From Octopus sinensis (taxonomy: Eukaryota), in contig NC_042997.1 of assembly GCF_006345805.1 (NCBI RefSeq), positions 131,316,001 through 131,380,000 on the forward strand: a stretch of 64,000 nt of DNA, read 5' to 3'. Position numbers and translations under genes: made by a program. Each line of letters begins with the position of its first letter. Position 1 is the stretch's first letter. The notes beneath the pieces were generated by a model. That model saw only the letters and a list, made by a program, of their open reading frames with translations, did no database searches and had not been told where the DNA came from. Below are positions 37,516-52,131 of the stretch, in pieces.

Positions 37516-37575
37516 AGGCTCCTTTGTCACTATCAGATCTCAAATAATTGAGATTTGATAGTGACAAAGGAGCCT
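37516..37575. repeat. Near-perfect 60-nt hairpin (28-bp stem with one G-T pair, 4-nt loop)
   Basis: AGGCTCCTTTGTCACTATCAGATCTCAA-ATAA-TTGAGATTTGATAGTGACAAAGGAGCCT. Confidence 0.9.
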
Positions 37576-38639
37576 GTTATTGGTCATTCGACTTACAAGA
37601 AGTAGGAGTTTGGTCTTTCTTTGACTCACACACTGCCATCTGTAGCAAACGACAGAATGGTCACAGTTAGAATACTTTTGAATATAGGTCTACTCTATCA
37701 GATGATGTGAGGCTTAAAGATGAGTAACAAACATTTCATCAGAAGATGACTTTGGAAAATGATTTTAAATACTTAACTAGGCTCTTTTCTTTTTGAAAAG
37801 GATAAGAGTATAACATAGCTGTTTACTCTCTTTACTCTTTTATTTGTTTCAGTCATTTAACTGTGGCCATGCTGGAGCACTGCCTTTAGTCGAGCAAATC
37901 GACCCCAGGACTTATTCTTTGAAAGCCTAGTACTTATTCTATTGGTCTCTTTTGCTGAACCGCTAAGTTACAGGGATGTAAACACGTTTAACACTTCAAT
38001 ATTTTGGACTCTAGTCTTTCATCTAAAAAAGCTGAAGAAAAATAAGACAGTAGGAAAATTGGGTTGGAGAAAAAAAAATGGGTGTTAGGGGCCAGTTGGG
38101 AAAATGGTTCTACTGGGGAAAGTAGGAATGGGGAGGGTGCAGGTGTGTGTCCATGTATTAAGATTATCATAGGGGGACGCATGTGTATTTTTAGGTAGGG
38201 TGTAAAGATGTACAAGTGTGGAAGTGTAGTGGCATGGGATAATGGGGATGCTGGAGGTTCTATTTTGGGGGTTTATATAAAAAAAAATGAGGAAATAAAT
38301 CATTTCCCTTAATGGTTTACAAGTAATTAGAAATAATTTATCATCAAAAACAAGGGAAAACAAACAAAAAATCCAAATAGAAGTAAAATTTTCTGACTTT
38401 AATCTTGTGATTCAGATGAAAATTTGATAAAAGATTGGCAGATAAGACAGAGGAACATAGTCATAGTCGTTTTAGATTATTTATACTGTAGACCAATATT
38501 ATTAGTAAAGCAGTGTAAATGTCTTAAAGTATTAATTCAAAATTACGGCTGGCAAATATGTGGATATGTGTGAGAGAGAGAGAGGGACAGACAGATAGAT
38601 ATATAATCATACATAGAAGTAAATGTTTTAGTGTATGTG

Positions 38640-39340
38640 ATATACTCATGATTGACTGGATATTAATATAAGCCTGTGGTAACAAGAACAGGACAGTCAC
38701 TTCATGAAGGCTTTATGGAGGTCCTCCAAAATGAAGATGTCCAGGATACTTGTCACAGCCTCCTTCACTTACTTCTTCAACTTGGGGAACAACCAAAAGT
38801 CACAGGGCTAGGTATGGACTGTAGGGAGTGTAAGGGACAGCTTTGATGCCCATCTCTGTCAAGTAGTTAGTTATCAGGGTGGCATTGTGAATCGGTGCAT
38901 TATTTTGGTGCAGGCACCTTCAACCTGAGTGGAAGTGATATGGCCATTTGCAATGAAATGTCTTCCTGAACTCTCTCAAAATCTCCAGAAAGTACTCTTT
39001 GTTGACCATCTGGGCAGAGGGAACCCAATGGATGTAGATAATACCCTTGCTATCAGAAAAAGGGGTCATCATGTGTTTTCTAGTGGACCTGCTTTGCCTG
39101 GCTTCTTGTACCAGTGAAAAATAGATGCTCAGCTTAAAGTTAACCTAAAAGCATTTCATAAGCTTTTGTAGCATGTCTGTCCAGTTTAACACAAACCTTA
39201 ATTGCATAGCAAGCTTCTGAATAATCTTCATGTCCCAACTACATTCTGAAAAACTAGTCAGCTGTGACAAGCAGTATGTAGTAGGATACGTTCAAAGTAC
39301 TGTTACAACTGTCTTCTTCAATCTGTAATAACAAAAGTTG
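38640..39340 (-). mobile_element. mariner transposase remnant (DD34D type)
   Basis: YAIKVCVKL (HTH), KARQSRSTRKHMM...IHWVPSAQMVNKEYFLEILREFRK, HQNNAPIHNA, PYSPYLA(P)CDFWLFPKL (YSPDLAPxD motif). Stops and frameshifts; boundaries approximate. Confidence 0.9.
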
Positions 39341-39676
39341 ACATTTCAGCTAATTAGATGTATAGTAATAATATACTAAATTTACAATAATCTGGAATAG
39401 TTATAAATCCCTCTCCTAAGAATCTCAAAACTTCTGGAATACATCTCATACAATATGATGATATATAGAACAGGCATGGCCGTGTGGTTAAGTTCTCTTC
39501 ACAACCATATTTTAGTTTCAGTCTCACAGCATGATACCTCAGGTAAAATCTCTATTATAGCCCCAAACCAAACAAAGCTTTGTAAGTAAATTTAGTTCAT
39601 GGAAATTAGTATGTGTGTATGTTATAATATTAAAATAAGCATTTATCGAAGTACTTACAAATAGTATTTAAATGTA

Positions 39677-40092
39677 GGGCGTAGGAGTGGCTGTGTGGTA
39701 AATAGCTTGTTTACAAATCACACAGTTCCGGGTTCAGCCCCACTGCGTGGCATCTTGGGCAAATGTCTTCTACTATAGTCTCGGGTCGACCAAAGCCTAG
39801 TGAGTAGATTTGGTAGGCGGAAACTGAAAGAAGCCCATCATATATATGTATATATATATATATGTATGTATGTGTGTGTATATATTTGTGTGTCTGTGTT
39901 TGTCCCCCAACATCGCTTGACAACTGATGCTGGTGTGTTTATGTCACTGTAACTTAGCGGTTCAGCAAAAGAGACCGATAGAATAAGTACTAGGCTTACA
40001 AAGAATAAGTCCTGGGGTCGATTTGCTCGACTAAAGACAGTGCTCCAGCATGGCCACAGAAAAATTACTGAAACAAGTAAGAGTAAAGAGTA
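39677..40092 (+). mobile_element. SINE family A
   Basis: Matches the 1103-1523 copy. Confidence 0.9.
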
Positions 40093-41022
40093 CCTTCAGC
40101 ATATTTAAATAGTGTCAAATTTATTTTTAAAGAGTCTGACAAAGCCATGATTGGCAAAGCATAAAGTTGCTGTGATCCTTTTCATTATACAAATGTATAT
40201 GTACGTGAACCTACAAATAGGCATGTATGTGTATGAACAGATACATAGTTACATATGTATAGATAAACCAGTAGATGTGTGGGTGATGAATTGCGGGTAT
40301 GCAATGAATTTCATGAATATTCATATGATTACACATAAATGAGTACTTAAGCTCTCTAGAGAATGACGTAAGATAATTCCTCTGATATAAAACATACAAA
40401 TAGATGTTATCTGTATAACTTGAAGACATAGCTAAACTTGGCCTTCATCGTTTCGTTCATGTAAACACTGTCAGATTATGAATGGGATTTTGTGAGTTTC
40501 ACTGAAACATCTGTAGTACTTGAAGCAAAGCATAACACCCTGCAGAGGTGTGTCAATGTTAGGAGGAGGTGTTATGAAGGAGAATAGTATAATTTTTTTT
40601 CAAAACTGAAAATGCCATTTTAGCATATAGTTGAAATGCAGTAACTCTGCTAATCAGTTGGGTGGAACAACAGCTGGCAAAATTGAAAAGTTTAAAGGCA
40701 TATATATATGTGCATGAGCATATATATATTCTTTATAGCTGAAACTTTTATAGAAATGCATAAGGACAAAAATCTTAATATGAGATTTAGTACTTTGAGA
40801 AAGTAGCATGTTTGGGATTTTGGATTTATGGTAATTTTAATTATTCTTGGCATGTCTCTCTTGAGATGTGAATATTGGTATTTTGAACATCAGTTCGGTG
40901 CTAAAAGGCAAGGCTAGAGATAGGGTGGTAGTGGTGCAAAGTTCAGTGCATACACAGTGATATAGATAGGAATTATCAGATATTGTTGAATGTTATTAGT
41001 TACACTGCAGCCTGAGTTAGAA

Positions 41023-41317
41023 CAGGGGATCCCAGCATGGGTCCACATGGATCCCCGGGGGTCCAAAGAAGCTTTAAGGGGGTCTACGAGTAAAATAATT
41101 ATTTGTGGGTTCACATATAAATTTTGTTCATTAGGAGAGGTACCTGTATTTATTGTAATTTATGTTATGAATATAATGAAATTGTTTCATTGTTAGTTTT
41201 TACTAACCTACAAACAAATATTTTATTTCAAAAATGTACATGTACTTATATGGGTTCACAGATGATAAAATAGCTCTCAGGAGATCCACAAGTAAAATAA
41301 GGTTGGGAACCCCTCCG
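41023..41317. mobile_element. hAT-type MITE with 8-bp TSD
   Basis: TIRs CAGGGGATCCCA / TTGGGAACCCCT(CC)G; TSD AGTTAGAA at 41015-41022 and 41318-41325. Confidence 0.8.
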
Positions 41318-41707
41318 AGTTAGAATGTACCCATAAAATACCATAAATGAAAGTCTTCTTGGTGAAAAGATAAGTGGTCACATCTGCCACAGCTTTGAGA
41401 TTCCATGAACTATTAGTCAGCTACATAGATGTTAACCTTCAAATTCACAAGGCTAATTGTTATTCTCAAAAAAAAAAGAAAAACCTATCTTAAACTTCAC
41501 AGTCTAGTGCTGGTCTGTTCCAATATAAATCATAAAAATTTTTCAGATATTGATAAGTTTGTATTTCATGATAGATGAGAATTCTAAAGTTTCCAATAGA
41601 TAATTATTTCAGAGAGTAAAAGAAATAAAAATGTTTTCTGATGGTAATGAATAGATATTTTTAGAAAACATTCATTCAATATTATTTTTTTCTGAAGATA
41701 ATTTCTC

Positions 41708-41896
41708 TCTTTCAGTTTCTGTCTACCAAATCCACTCTCAAGGATTTGGTTGGCCTGAGTCTATAGTAGAAGACACTTGCCCAAGGTGCCATGCAATGGG
41801 ACTGAACTTGGAACTGTGGTTGGGAAGCAATGGGACTGAACCTGGAACCCTGTAGTTGGGAAGCAAGCTTCTTACCACACAGCCATGCCTGCACCT
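41708..41896 (-). mobile_element. SINE family A, 5' half with a duplicated head segment
   Basis: gcaatgggactgaac...gttgggaagcaa present twice in tandem. Confidence 0.8.
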
Positions 41897-43197
41897 GTTA
41901 ACGAATAAAACGTTATATGAAACAAAACCACCAAAACTAGAAATTTGTAAACAAATGCTACACTTAACAGAATTAGGACAGTCATGCAATGACAGTGTAT
42001 GGTATAATAAATATATATAAAAACAAAACCACCATAAGTCAAGAACTCCTAAGCAAGCTGAATCATTTGAAAACTAGGATTTCAATGAACGATGACTTTG
42101 AACCTTTTATATCTTGGTTTCTCAGAGATCTGAGTCAACAAGCACATTAAACATATACATCCATCATCACCTGCTTAACAGATATCCTTATGATTTCAGC
42201 ATATGAACTGGCGATGTCAACTTCAGTTCTTCTACTGTTTTTAGGTTTAAGGTATATCCTCATGTGGCATCTATTGTATATCCCCTATAACAGGGGTCCC
42301 CTAACCTTTGGACTGTGGATCATTTAGCACCAGGTTGCACGGAAAGGAAAAAAATTTTTATTTTATTTCTGTTTTATTGACTATCACAATCTGCTGGGTG
42401 TTTTTGCATTATATATGTACTAGCTGACCACGTTCCATCAATAATGACAGCTAATTGTAGTATCTTATATATAAATAAGGTACATACTAATCACACATAC
42501 AAATATTCTCATACTCCCCTTGTACATGCATACACATACTCACAGAGTTGAAACGCTGATTTTTTTTCATTCCTTTCCTTATTCATATTACACCCCTTCC
42601 TTTCTTTCATTGCTATTACTTTCTCTCACTCCCTGTCAGTCAGGACTATTACTCTCACTACTTCGCCTTCACTGAATTACTATTTTCTCTCCGCCTCCAC
42701 ATCCGGCGTGATTCTGTATTAATATATGTTATAATTAAAATACATAATAAGCACTTTGTTTTATGCACATGGAAAATTGTCTTGCTTGAAACTGATCTAT
42801 GGTGCAAAAATGGTGGTGACTGCAGTTCTATAGCACAACTAAGAGTTGGTTATTGCCAAGAGGACAATGCTGGGAATTAGATATAAGCTATTAGTCCACT
42901 AACCTTCTGGGGCCATGGAATAGTTGTTTAATGAATCTCAGCAAAATAACTTAATATTAATAAATGAAATTATCAATTTTGATATTAATGAGTGTATAGA
43001 ATATTGTATGTGTTGTTTGTGTGTACAAATAAATATGAATATAACACTCATTACATATGTTGTTCCTGTATTTGAAGCTAGGGTTTTGATCAATTGTTAC
43101 TATGTCCCATCTCTTGCACATTACATCAGTTGTCTTGAGAAATGAGAGCAGTGGGGGTAGGGAAGAAGAATAGCTTTAAATAGATAGTCTATATACG

Positions 43198-43410
43198 CTT
43201 TTACTTGTTTCAGTTATTTGACTGTGGCCATGCTGGAGCACTGCTTTTAGTCGAGCAAATTGACCCCAGGACTTATTCTTTGTAAGCCTAGTACATACTC
43301 TATCGGTCTCTTTTGCTGAACTGCTAAGTTACGGATACATAAACACACCAGCATTGGTTGTCAAGCGATTTTGGGAGGACAAACACAGACGCACAAACAT
43401 ATACACACAC

Positions 43411-43452
<42 letters not shown>

Positions 43453-43610
43453 GACTGGCTTCTTTCAGTTTCCATCTACCAAATCCACTCACAAGGCTTT
43501 GGTCGGCTTGAGGCTATAGTAGAAGACACTTGCCCAAGGTGCCATGCAGTGGGACTGAACCCAGAACCATGTGGTTTGTAAGCAAGTTAGTTACCACACA
43601 GCCACTCCTA
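43198..43610 (-). mobile_element. SINE family A
   Basis: Reverse complement of the family A consensus. Confidence 0.9.
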
Positions 43611-44174
43611 CTTTATCTACCTATCTTTATAAAGAAGTGCTGATCTCTAATTGTAGAGGGAACCTGTAAGGGTTAGAGCCAAGATGTCGGATGAAGTGGT
43701 GAGAAAGGATCTGGCGCCACTGTTTTGATGAATTTCCCATTCTTTTATTAGATCTCATAGAAATGAAATAAAGCAACAAAATTATGAAGAAGTAAATCTT
43801 AATTTGCTAATTAAAATATATTTCATACACTTTCCACCATCTTTTTTCCCATTCCTTTAAATTTTCACTTTGTTTATACCCCTTCTTTTCCCCACTTTTT
43901 TCAACTCTTCCCATCTGTCTGAGTCAATAGTCAATCAGTGTTTGAGAGACACTCTCAGATGCATTGATTTCTTCAACAAGCTAGAAAAGTCTGTGAAGAC
44001 TATCAGACTTTGGCCACCCTAACCATATTCCTGTTCATAGATTTTATAGACTAGTGAGTTATAAAAGAAATTTCATTACTTTCCATCCTTTTTACTCATT
44101 GTCTCTTTCTCTCAGTATTTTACAATGTTTTAATTCAATGCCTTTCTTTGTGGGACCATGGAATATTTGTTTAA

Positions 44175-44394
44175 CCCTTTCGTTACTGTATTTATTTTGA
44201 GACGCTCTGTGTTTCTTTCAATTATTTTAAACATAAAAAAGAATTTAGTAAAATAACTTCGTTATCATTAAGCTAGTGTTAGGAACGTAAATTGTGACTA
44301 AGGTTTGGTGGAATATTTTAATTCAAAACTTATGAAAACAAGACATTTTACCATAGAGCCAGAGCCGGTTTTGGCCGGGTTAGTAACAAAAGGG
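44175..44394. mobile_element. piggyBac-type MITE with TTAA TSDs
   Basis: TTAA-CCCTTTCGTTAC ... GTAACAAAAGGG-TTAA. Older relatives at ~4590-4850 and ~32950-33170. Confidence 0.8.
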
Positions 44395-45542
44395 TTAAGG
44401 AATCTCAGCAAAATAACTTAATATTAATAAATGAAAATTCGATGACTAGCACCTGTGCCAGTGCAGCGCTAAGAACACCATCCGAGTGTGATCATTACCA
44501 GAGCAGCTGACTGGCCTCTGTGCCGGTGGCATGTAAAAATGCTGGTGGCATGTGAAAAAGCATTCAAGCGAGGTCATTGCCAGTGCCACTGGACCAGCTC
44601 CTGTGCAGGTGGCATGCAAAAAACACCAATTGAGTGCATGGCGCCTTTGGCAAATGTTTTCTACTATAGCACCAGGCCAACCAAATCCTTGAGTGGATTT
44701 GGTAGACAAAAACTTAAAGAAACCCATCATGTATATATGTATATATATCTGTGTGTGTGTGTCACCCTATTACCACTTGATAACCAGTGTTGGTGTGTTT
44801 ACATCCCTGTAACTTAGTGGTTTGGCAAAAGAGGCCAATAGAATAAGTACTAGGCTTAAGAAATAAGTCCAAGGATTGATTTGCTTGAGTAAAAAGAAAT
44901 CCCCTTCAAGGCAGTGCTCCAGCATGGTCACAGTCAAATGACTGAAGCAAGAAATAAAGTATAAATATATATTGAGGGAAAACAAAAAAAAATGGAGAAT
45001 GTGTAGATGTACTTACTAATTTATTTGTATGTTACAAAAAGATGACTTCTTTTTATAAAAAAAGAACAGTACAAATTGTTTGGAAGTTAAAAAGCTCAAA
45101 GAAAGAAGAACCTAGATATATGTTTCAGTCATGTCTTCTAGTTGATGGGCATTTCCAAACATTTTTGCTTAATGCCAAGAAAGTTGCCACATTCTAACTA
45201 TATTATAGTAGGACTTCGTCAGGGTTCACATTTAGCTCATGCAACTTCGGTAATCATTTTACTGTTGACTTTCGCATTATATGATACGCATTAAACCAGT
45301 GGAATACCTTGGATTACATAATCCCTAATGAGGATATGACTTCCTCAAATTAACTATATATATAATTTTCGTTCTAACTGTTGGTAAAGTTAAGAATGGG
45401 AAACCAAAAAATAGAAAAAAATATATTTATTATATAGTAATTATTTTATTTACCTAATAGATGACTATTTCCAATAATACAACTGTCATTATTAAGACCT
45501 TTACTTACACTAATATTAACATTGGAAAAAGTAAAAGGAAGC

Positions 45543-45618
<76 letters not shown>

Positions 45619-45770
45619 ACTTAATTGCTACATACTTTTCATTTACTCTCTTTCTCTCTACATGTGTGTGTGTGTGACACATGTATAATATGCAAAATCT
45701 TCCAACTCTTTCAACACTTATATATTCCCCACCACCTCACCTACGCCATTCACAACTCTACAAATACCTC

Positions 45771-45803
<33 letters not shown>

Positions 45804-46670
45804 ACCCACACATGAGCACACAAGAAACACACATAAACAGCCCTTATCTCAGGAAAATCCTTCCCACACATACTTTTACAAGTACACATATACCTGTCTA
45901 TTCAAATACATGTTCTTCGCTTCTCATCTAACTGTTTCACCTATGACTTCTTTGAGGCAGCTAAGCAGTTGAAAAGTGCTATTTTCCCCACATAACCAAA
46001 ACACCCTACTCCTTAACCATACGTGGGTTCACTGATTCTGTTGTAGCTGTATAGGTAAGGAAAAAAAAAATCATATCTCTAGGAAGTCACCCCCTTTTGC
46101 AATTTTAGCATGGTAACAACCAATAAAACCAAAGGATGTCTTTCTGTACTGTATGGTCTATAAGCTCTATCATCTTCTTCTTAAATTGATGTAGAGAATT
46201 TTGGTCTCTTTTCTAGGGTTCTATGAACTCAGCAAAATCCTTCTGTTCACAACCCCCTCGCTCAACCAAAATGAAAACTGTTGATTAAAGTTTGCACAGC
46301 TGCTGTACAGGCCCTAACATTTGTATTTACAATCTCCTATAGTAATTCTTCAGTGTTCTTCAATGTTGCATTCTATTATGCTGATTACAGGGCACCATTC
46401 CAATATCACATTGATATAATTTTTGAAATAGATGAGTATCTTGTAACACATCTGCTTCAATAATTTATGGAAGTATAAAAAAAAAATTGCAATACTTATG
46501 TAAATTATGCAAACTACTAGTGTCAGTACTTGCAAATTTTGATCAAATTTTTATATGCATATATTATACTATTTCTAGTTGTGAAATCTAAATATATTTA
46601 CAATGTCAGATATATTGAGAGAACTATTCTGAAGACATCGCTCTGAATTTGAAGTGGTTAAAGAGAAATA

Positions 46671-46985
46671 ATGTTTTTTTAAAAATTTATGCGCCCTTTT
46701 CAAGCCTAGCCAGGCTCATGGGCCCAGTTTCTGTGGTGTATGTTTTTCCCCCAGCTGGACAGGATGCCAGTCCATCGCAGCATTACTCAAGAAACAGGAA
46801 GAGAGTGTGGGAGAAAGTTGGGGCAAAAGAATACAACAGGAGTCGCCACCAGCCCCTGCTGGAGTCTCGTGGAGTTATAGGTGTTTTCGTTCAATAAACA
46901 CACACAACGCCCAGTCTGGGAATCGAAACCGTGATCCTCTGACCGCGAATTCGCTGCCCTAACCACTTGGCCATTGCATCTCCAC
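46671..46985 (-). mobile_element. tRNA-derived SINE family C with 11-bp TSD
   Basis: Head TGGCCAAGTGGTTAGGGCAG...GGTTTCGATTCC; TSD AAAGAGAAATA at 46660-46670 and 46986-46996. Confidence 0.9.
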
Positions 46986-47900
46986 AAAGAGAAATAGCAG
47001 CAGAAAAAGAAATTAGTGCACAGATGTAATGCTCTTTACATTGGATAAATTGATCATACTTATATGTAAATGATAATCTGAAGTAGCACATCATATATGT
47101 AAGTTTATGTGTAAGCATGTGTGAATGAAATGATATTTACTTTCATTTTTATTTACATGCCGAGAGTAAACAAAAGCTTCACCATTGAAACAAATGGTGG
47201 CTTTGCTTTGCAGTTCACTTGAAAAGCATCTGGGCTTCTTAACATGTCCTGCCATGTTTTATACACCTTGTAATCAAAAGGCTTGCATTCAAACAAATGG
47301 TATCCTTTATTTTCAGTTCTCCATGTAATTATGTCAAGGCTGTTCATTGTTTGATAGATTGGGGGATTATAATTTTGCTTAGAAACAAGTGTGGGTTGCT
47401 TTCAGGAGGAACAGCCATCCATAGAAAACCTCTTTCCCAATATAGTTCATCTGATCCATGCAAGCATGGAAAAACAGGCATTAAAACAATGATGATTTGA
47501 TATATATATCATCAACATTCAATGTCTGTTTTCCATGCTGGCATGGGTTGGACAGCTTGACAGGAACTGGCAAGGCCAGAAGCTACATAGTCTGTTTTGG
47601 CTTCATTTCTACAACTGGATGCCCTTCCTAGCACCAGCCATTTTACAGTGTGCACCAGGTGCTTTTTACTTGGCACCAGTGCTTTTTACATGGTACCTTA
47701 GTTTTAGGTTCTCAGTTCTGTTGTGGTGGGTGGGTCTTCTCAAATACAACAATGTGACACATATCTCAGTCTTCTATCATCTCCTTTGTAAGGTTCAGTG
47801 TTTTGAGATTGGCCTTCAGAACTTTGTGACCTGCCTCCCTGGGTCACCCACTTCCATTACTTTCCTCCACTTAAATATAAGATATATATATATATATATA

Positions 47901-48683
47901 TTTATCATCATCATCATCATCATCATCATCATTTAACGTCCGCTTTCCATGCTAGCATGGGTTGGACGGTTCAACTGGGGTCTGGGGAGCCCGAAAGCTG
48001 CACCAGTCCAGTCAGATCTGGCAGTGTTTCTACAGCTGGATGCCCTTCCTAACGCCAACCACTCCGAGAGTGTAGTGGGTGATTTTATGTGCCACCAACA
48101 CAGGTGCCAGACGAGGCTGGCAAACGGCTACGCTCGGATGGTGTTTTTTATGTGCCACCGACACAGGTGCCAGACGAGGCTGGCAGACGGCCACGCTCGG
48201 ATGGTGTTTTTATGTGCCACCGACACAGGTGCCAGATGAGGCTGGCAAACGGCCACGATCGGATGGTGCTTGTTACGTGCCCACAGCACGGAGGCCAGTC
48301 GATGCGGTACTGGCTACGGCCACGTTCGGATGGTTTTATTGTGTGCCACGTGCCACCGGCACTGGTACCACAAAGATACAAATTCCATTGATGTTCATCT
48401 ATTTTGATTTGTTTTGATTTGATTTTCACTTGCCTCAACAGGTCTTCACAAGTGTCACAAGAAGGAAGGTATGCACAGGTGGACTGACTACGTCCCAGGT
48501 AGGGGCCATGGGTTATGGCCTGACTAGTCTTGCCGGGTCTTCGGATGGTGTTTTTATGTGCCACCGACACAGGTGCTAGATGAGGCTGGCGAACGGCCAC
48601 GATCGGATGGTGTTTGTCATGTGCCCACCGCACTGACTACAGCACTGATGGATTTCTTGTGTGCCACAGGCACTGGTACCACA
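47901..48683 (-). mobile_element. SINE family B with internal 62-63-bp tandem repeats
   Basis: (CAT)n tail at ~47905-47932; unit atgtgccaccgacacaggtgccagacgaggctggc...ggatggtg starts near 48087, 48150 and 48212, with another near 48557. Confidence 0.85.
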
Positions 48684-50275
<1,592 letters not shown>

Positions 50276-50277
50276 TC

Positions 50278-50659
50278 TCTCTATATAAACGGCAGTTTGT
50301 CTGTGCGTGTTTCTGTGTGTCTGTTTGCTTGTACCCTCACTCTGACCACGGCTTTCAACCGATTCTGATGAAACTTGACACACACATAGCCCAATGTCAT
50401 AATTCAAAACTAACGTAGCGAAAATTTTGAAAAGTTCCCCCAGTTCTGAAAAAAATCGATAAATTCGACATGGGGTCGAGAATCAAAAAAAATAAACCAC
50501 AGACTGTCTAGGGGACGCAACTCAACCTTTTTTTACTCTCAAAAAAAATTTACCATCATTTTTTTTCTATTTTTTTGCTATTTTTTGGCTATAACTCTCT
50601 AAAAATGCTTTATAGTTATTTCCCTTACAAACCTGAGCAACGCCGGGCGATACTGCTAG
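50278..50659 (+). mobile_element. Non-autonomous Helitron
   Basis: 5' TC(TC)TATATAAAC; internal AACCGATTCTGATGAAACTTG; subterminal CCTGAGCAACGCCGGG hairpin remnant; 3' CTAG followed by T. No TSD; AT-rich target. Confidence 0.8.
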
Positions 50660-50845
<186 letters not shown>

Positions 50846-51436
50846 TAAATAATAAGGGGAGAAATTGATATTAATCATTTAAAACCAGTGGCTTAGCATA
50901 TTTAAAAAATCTGAAAATTAAAAATTGTGTTACATACAAAATTAAGAAGAATGACCACCAAAGCGGACATCTAATATGCTAAACATAGACGTCAAATTGT
51001 TATTACCACAAAGAATGTGTTCTCAAGAAAAAATCTCAGCAGAAACACCAAAATGTAAAAACAGGTAAGACAAATGAAAATATACGAAATAAAAAGTGAT
51101 TAGCTATGTACCATTGGTTTCACTTGTTAATATCTACGTATACAAACATGCAGATATCTGCAAGATCATTAGCGTAGTCTGTTGCTTACAAAACACAATT
51201 TCCAATTGCAGATATCTGTGTGTTTGCAGACATAGATATTAACAAGTGAAACTAATGGTACATAGGTAAACATTTTATATTTCATATATTTTCATTTGTC
51301 TTGCTCATTTTTACATCTTGGCATTTTTGCTGAGATATTTTCTTAAGAACACATTCTTCGTGGTAATGGCGATTTGACTTCTATGTTTAGCATATTACAT
51401 GTCCACTTTAGTGCTCATTCCTATTAATTTTGTATG

Positions 51437-51471
<35 letters not shown>

Positions 51472-52131
51472 TGTGTGTGTGTGTGTGTGCGTGGCACTTG
51501 CTGATATACATCAGTAAAAGATACAAGCATTAAGAAAACTGAAAAATCAGTGCTTTTAATTAGAAATATTCGATCTGGTGTTTGTTCTGCCCATTTTGTA
51601 CAGGCAACTCTTTTCTTTCTCATCAGAAATGTAGTTAACCAGTGAGCCCCACAGGGAACTTGAAACCTGCAATGCTATTGTTCATAAATTCATACCTATA
51701 TAAAAATATATAGGTAAATGTTCCATTCAAGGAGTAGTTTCTTATTGCAAATCAGATGCATGGAAGTAGTGAATCAATTACTAAATACAAATAAATCACT
51801 TAAATGTATAGTGTTTAGGCTGCTTATAGCAATAACGTTAACCTTCTCATGCAAGGGAGCTTAACCTTCTCACACAAAGCTGTCTACAATGATAAGGTTA
51901 ACCTTCTGATGCAAGAGAGCTTTGCCTTGGTTGCTCAGAAAGCTAAAAATAGCAGCCAAATCTCCCACAAATACTTAAGACAATAAATAATGTAGTCCTA
52001 CATATACAATGCCTCAAAACAAAAAATAACAGATGGGATGGTTATAGCAGGAATGTTTTTGGCTGTAAGTCTGCTTGGTCAGGGCTGTCCTGGTGCTAAA
52101 TAACAATAGATAACCTACTAGGTAAGCTACA

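Noticed and set aside
47213-47300. Phase-compatible Cys-rich exon 2 candidate (SLEKHLGFLTCPAMFYTPCNQKACIQTN) for the 35541 exon
   Set aside because: It was picked after the fact from many possible acceptors, and its donor (GTATCC) is weak.
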